Assembly: GCA_041650715.1 (NCBI GenBank)
Contig: JBAZKQ010000001.1
Span: 262,945-326,944, forward strand
Length of the DNA stretch: 64,000 nt
DNA from: Patescibacteria group bacterium
GTDB taxonomy: Bacteria; Patescibacteriota; Patescibacteriia; Patescibacteriales; UBA12465
Direction: 5' to 3'
Shown here: positions 63,739 through 64,000 of the stretch, in pieces
How the letters are laid out: every line of letters starts with the position of its first letter
Numbering within the stretch: the first letter of the stretch is position 1
Translations under genes and position numbers: made by a program
Notes under the pieces: generated by a model
The model's input: only the letters and a program-made list of their open reading frames with translations
Database searches by the model: none
Told to the model about the DNA's origin: nothing

Positions 63739-64000
63739 ATGTATAATAAAATATCTTCAATAATTTTAAATTCCGGCAAGGCGAATGGTCTGAGTGATGT
63801 CTATATTGCCCAGCCGGATTCACTCAAGGAAAGTTTGGCCGGAAAAATATTTATCGTTGCCGATATTGCCGGCAAAAAGACCGAAGGACGAAAAGTGCTT
63901 GATTTTATAATTTCCAGCTTGCAGGAGACATATTATAATGATGAAAAGATATTGCTGCGTGATAAAATTGAGGGTCTAAAGATCGAAAATATATTTGAGG
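63739..64000 (+). CDS. hypothetical protein, N-terminal part (3' end lies outside the window)
   Basis: The frame is open from ATG 63739 to the window end (MYNKISSIILNSGKANGLSDVYIAQPDSLKESLAGKIFIVADIAG...). It is not in the ORF track because it has no stop in the window. Confidence 0.4.
   Translation, partial: MYNKISSIILNSGKANGLSDVYIAQPDSLKESLAGKIFIVADIAGKKTEGRKVLDFIISSLQETYYNDEKILLRDKIEGLKIENIFE

Noticed and set aside
1-64000. I scanned by eye for CRISPR arrays, rRNA/tRNA genes, transposases, integrons, toxin-antitoxin pairs, reverse transcriptase/DGR components and restriction-modification genes.
   Set aside because: I saw no regularly spaced direct repeats, no T-arm or anticodon structures and no matching protein motifs. 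The only recombinase is a housekeeping-type Xer protein. A computational scan (tRNAscan-SE, CRISPR finders, defence-system HMMs) would be needed to be certain.

Overview
This is a 64-kb AT-rich, very gene-dense bacterial chromosomal segment. It holds about 66 protein-coding genes, most separated by fewer than 30 nt. By eye I found no rRNA, tRNA, CRISPR array, transposase or prophage genes. About two thirds is housekeeping: rpsB-tsf, secE-nusG-rplK-rplA, rpmA, metG/gltX/serS, dnaX, pyrG, gap, cca, rsmI, tsaC, NifS/NifU, alr, a Xer recombinase and corA. Several traits suggest a small-genome Candidate Phyla Radiation/Patescibacteria (Parcubacteria-like) organism: tiny intergenic gaps, almost no Shine-Dalgarno sequences, Lys-rich tails on housekeeping proteins, an RRM protein, a DUF4012-type protein, PSP1/RicT, a fermentative [FeFe] hydrogenase and nucleoside-salvage genes. 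That assignment is inference, not a database result. The less ordinary content is: (i) an ORF-less, GC-rich unit of about 300 nt with its own near-consensus promoter and terminator (951-1289, minus strand), class unresolved; (ii) a compact [FeFe]-hydrogenase module (7979-12577) with a minimal NuoF-like flavoprotein, an embedded polytopic membrane protein and a TM1266-like small regulator, but no NuoE-like subunit or HydEFG in the window; (iii) an operon of a 57-aa ferredoxin missed by the ORF track, a 159-aa unknown protein and an orphan membrane-anchored VirD4/HerA-like ATPase (30317-33487); (iv) a cell-envelope/glycan region (49-63 kb) where a Wzz-like/GT4/O-antigen-ligase-like core is flanked by secreted proteins of unknown function, including two paralogous beta-rich, barrel-like proteins, a glycoside-hydrolase-like paralog pair and a duplicated promoter-leader cassette; (v) candidate cis-regulatory RNA structures in the rplK-rplA spacer and in the rpmA, RRM-gene and secE leaders. 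All motif coordinates were hand-counted from the printed sequence and all family assignments come from motif recognition. No searches or folding computations were run.
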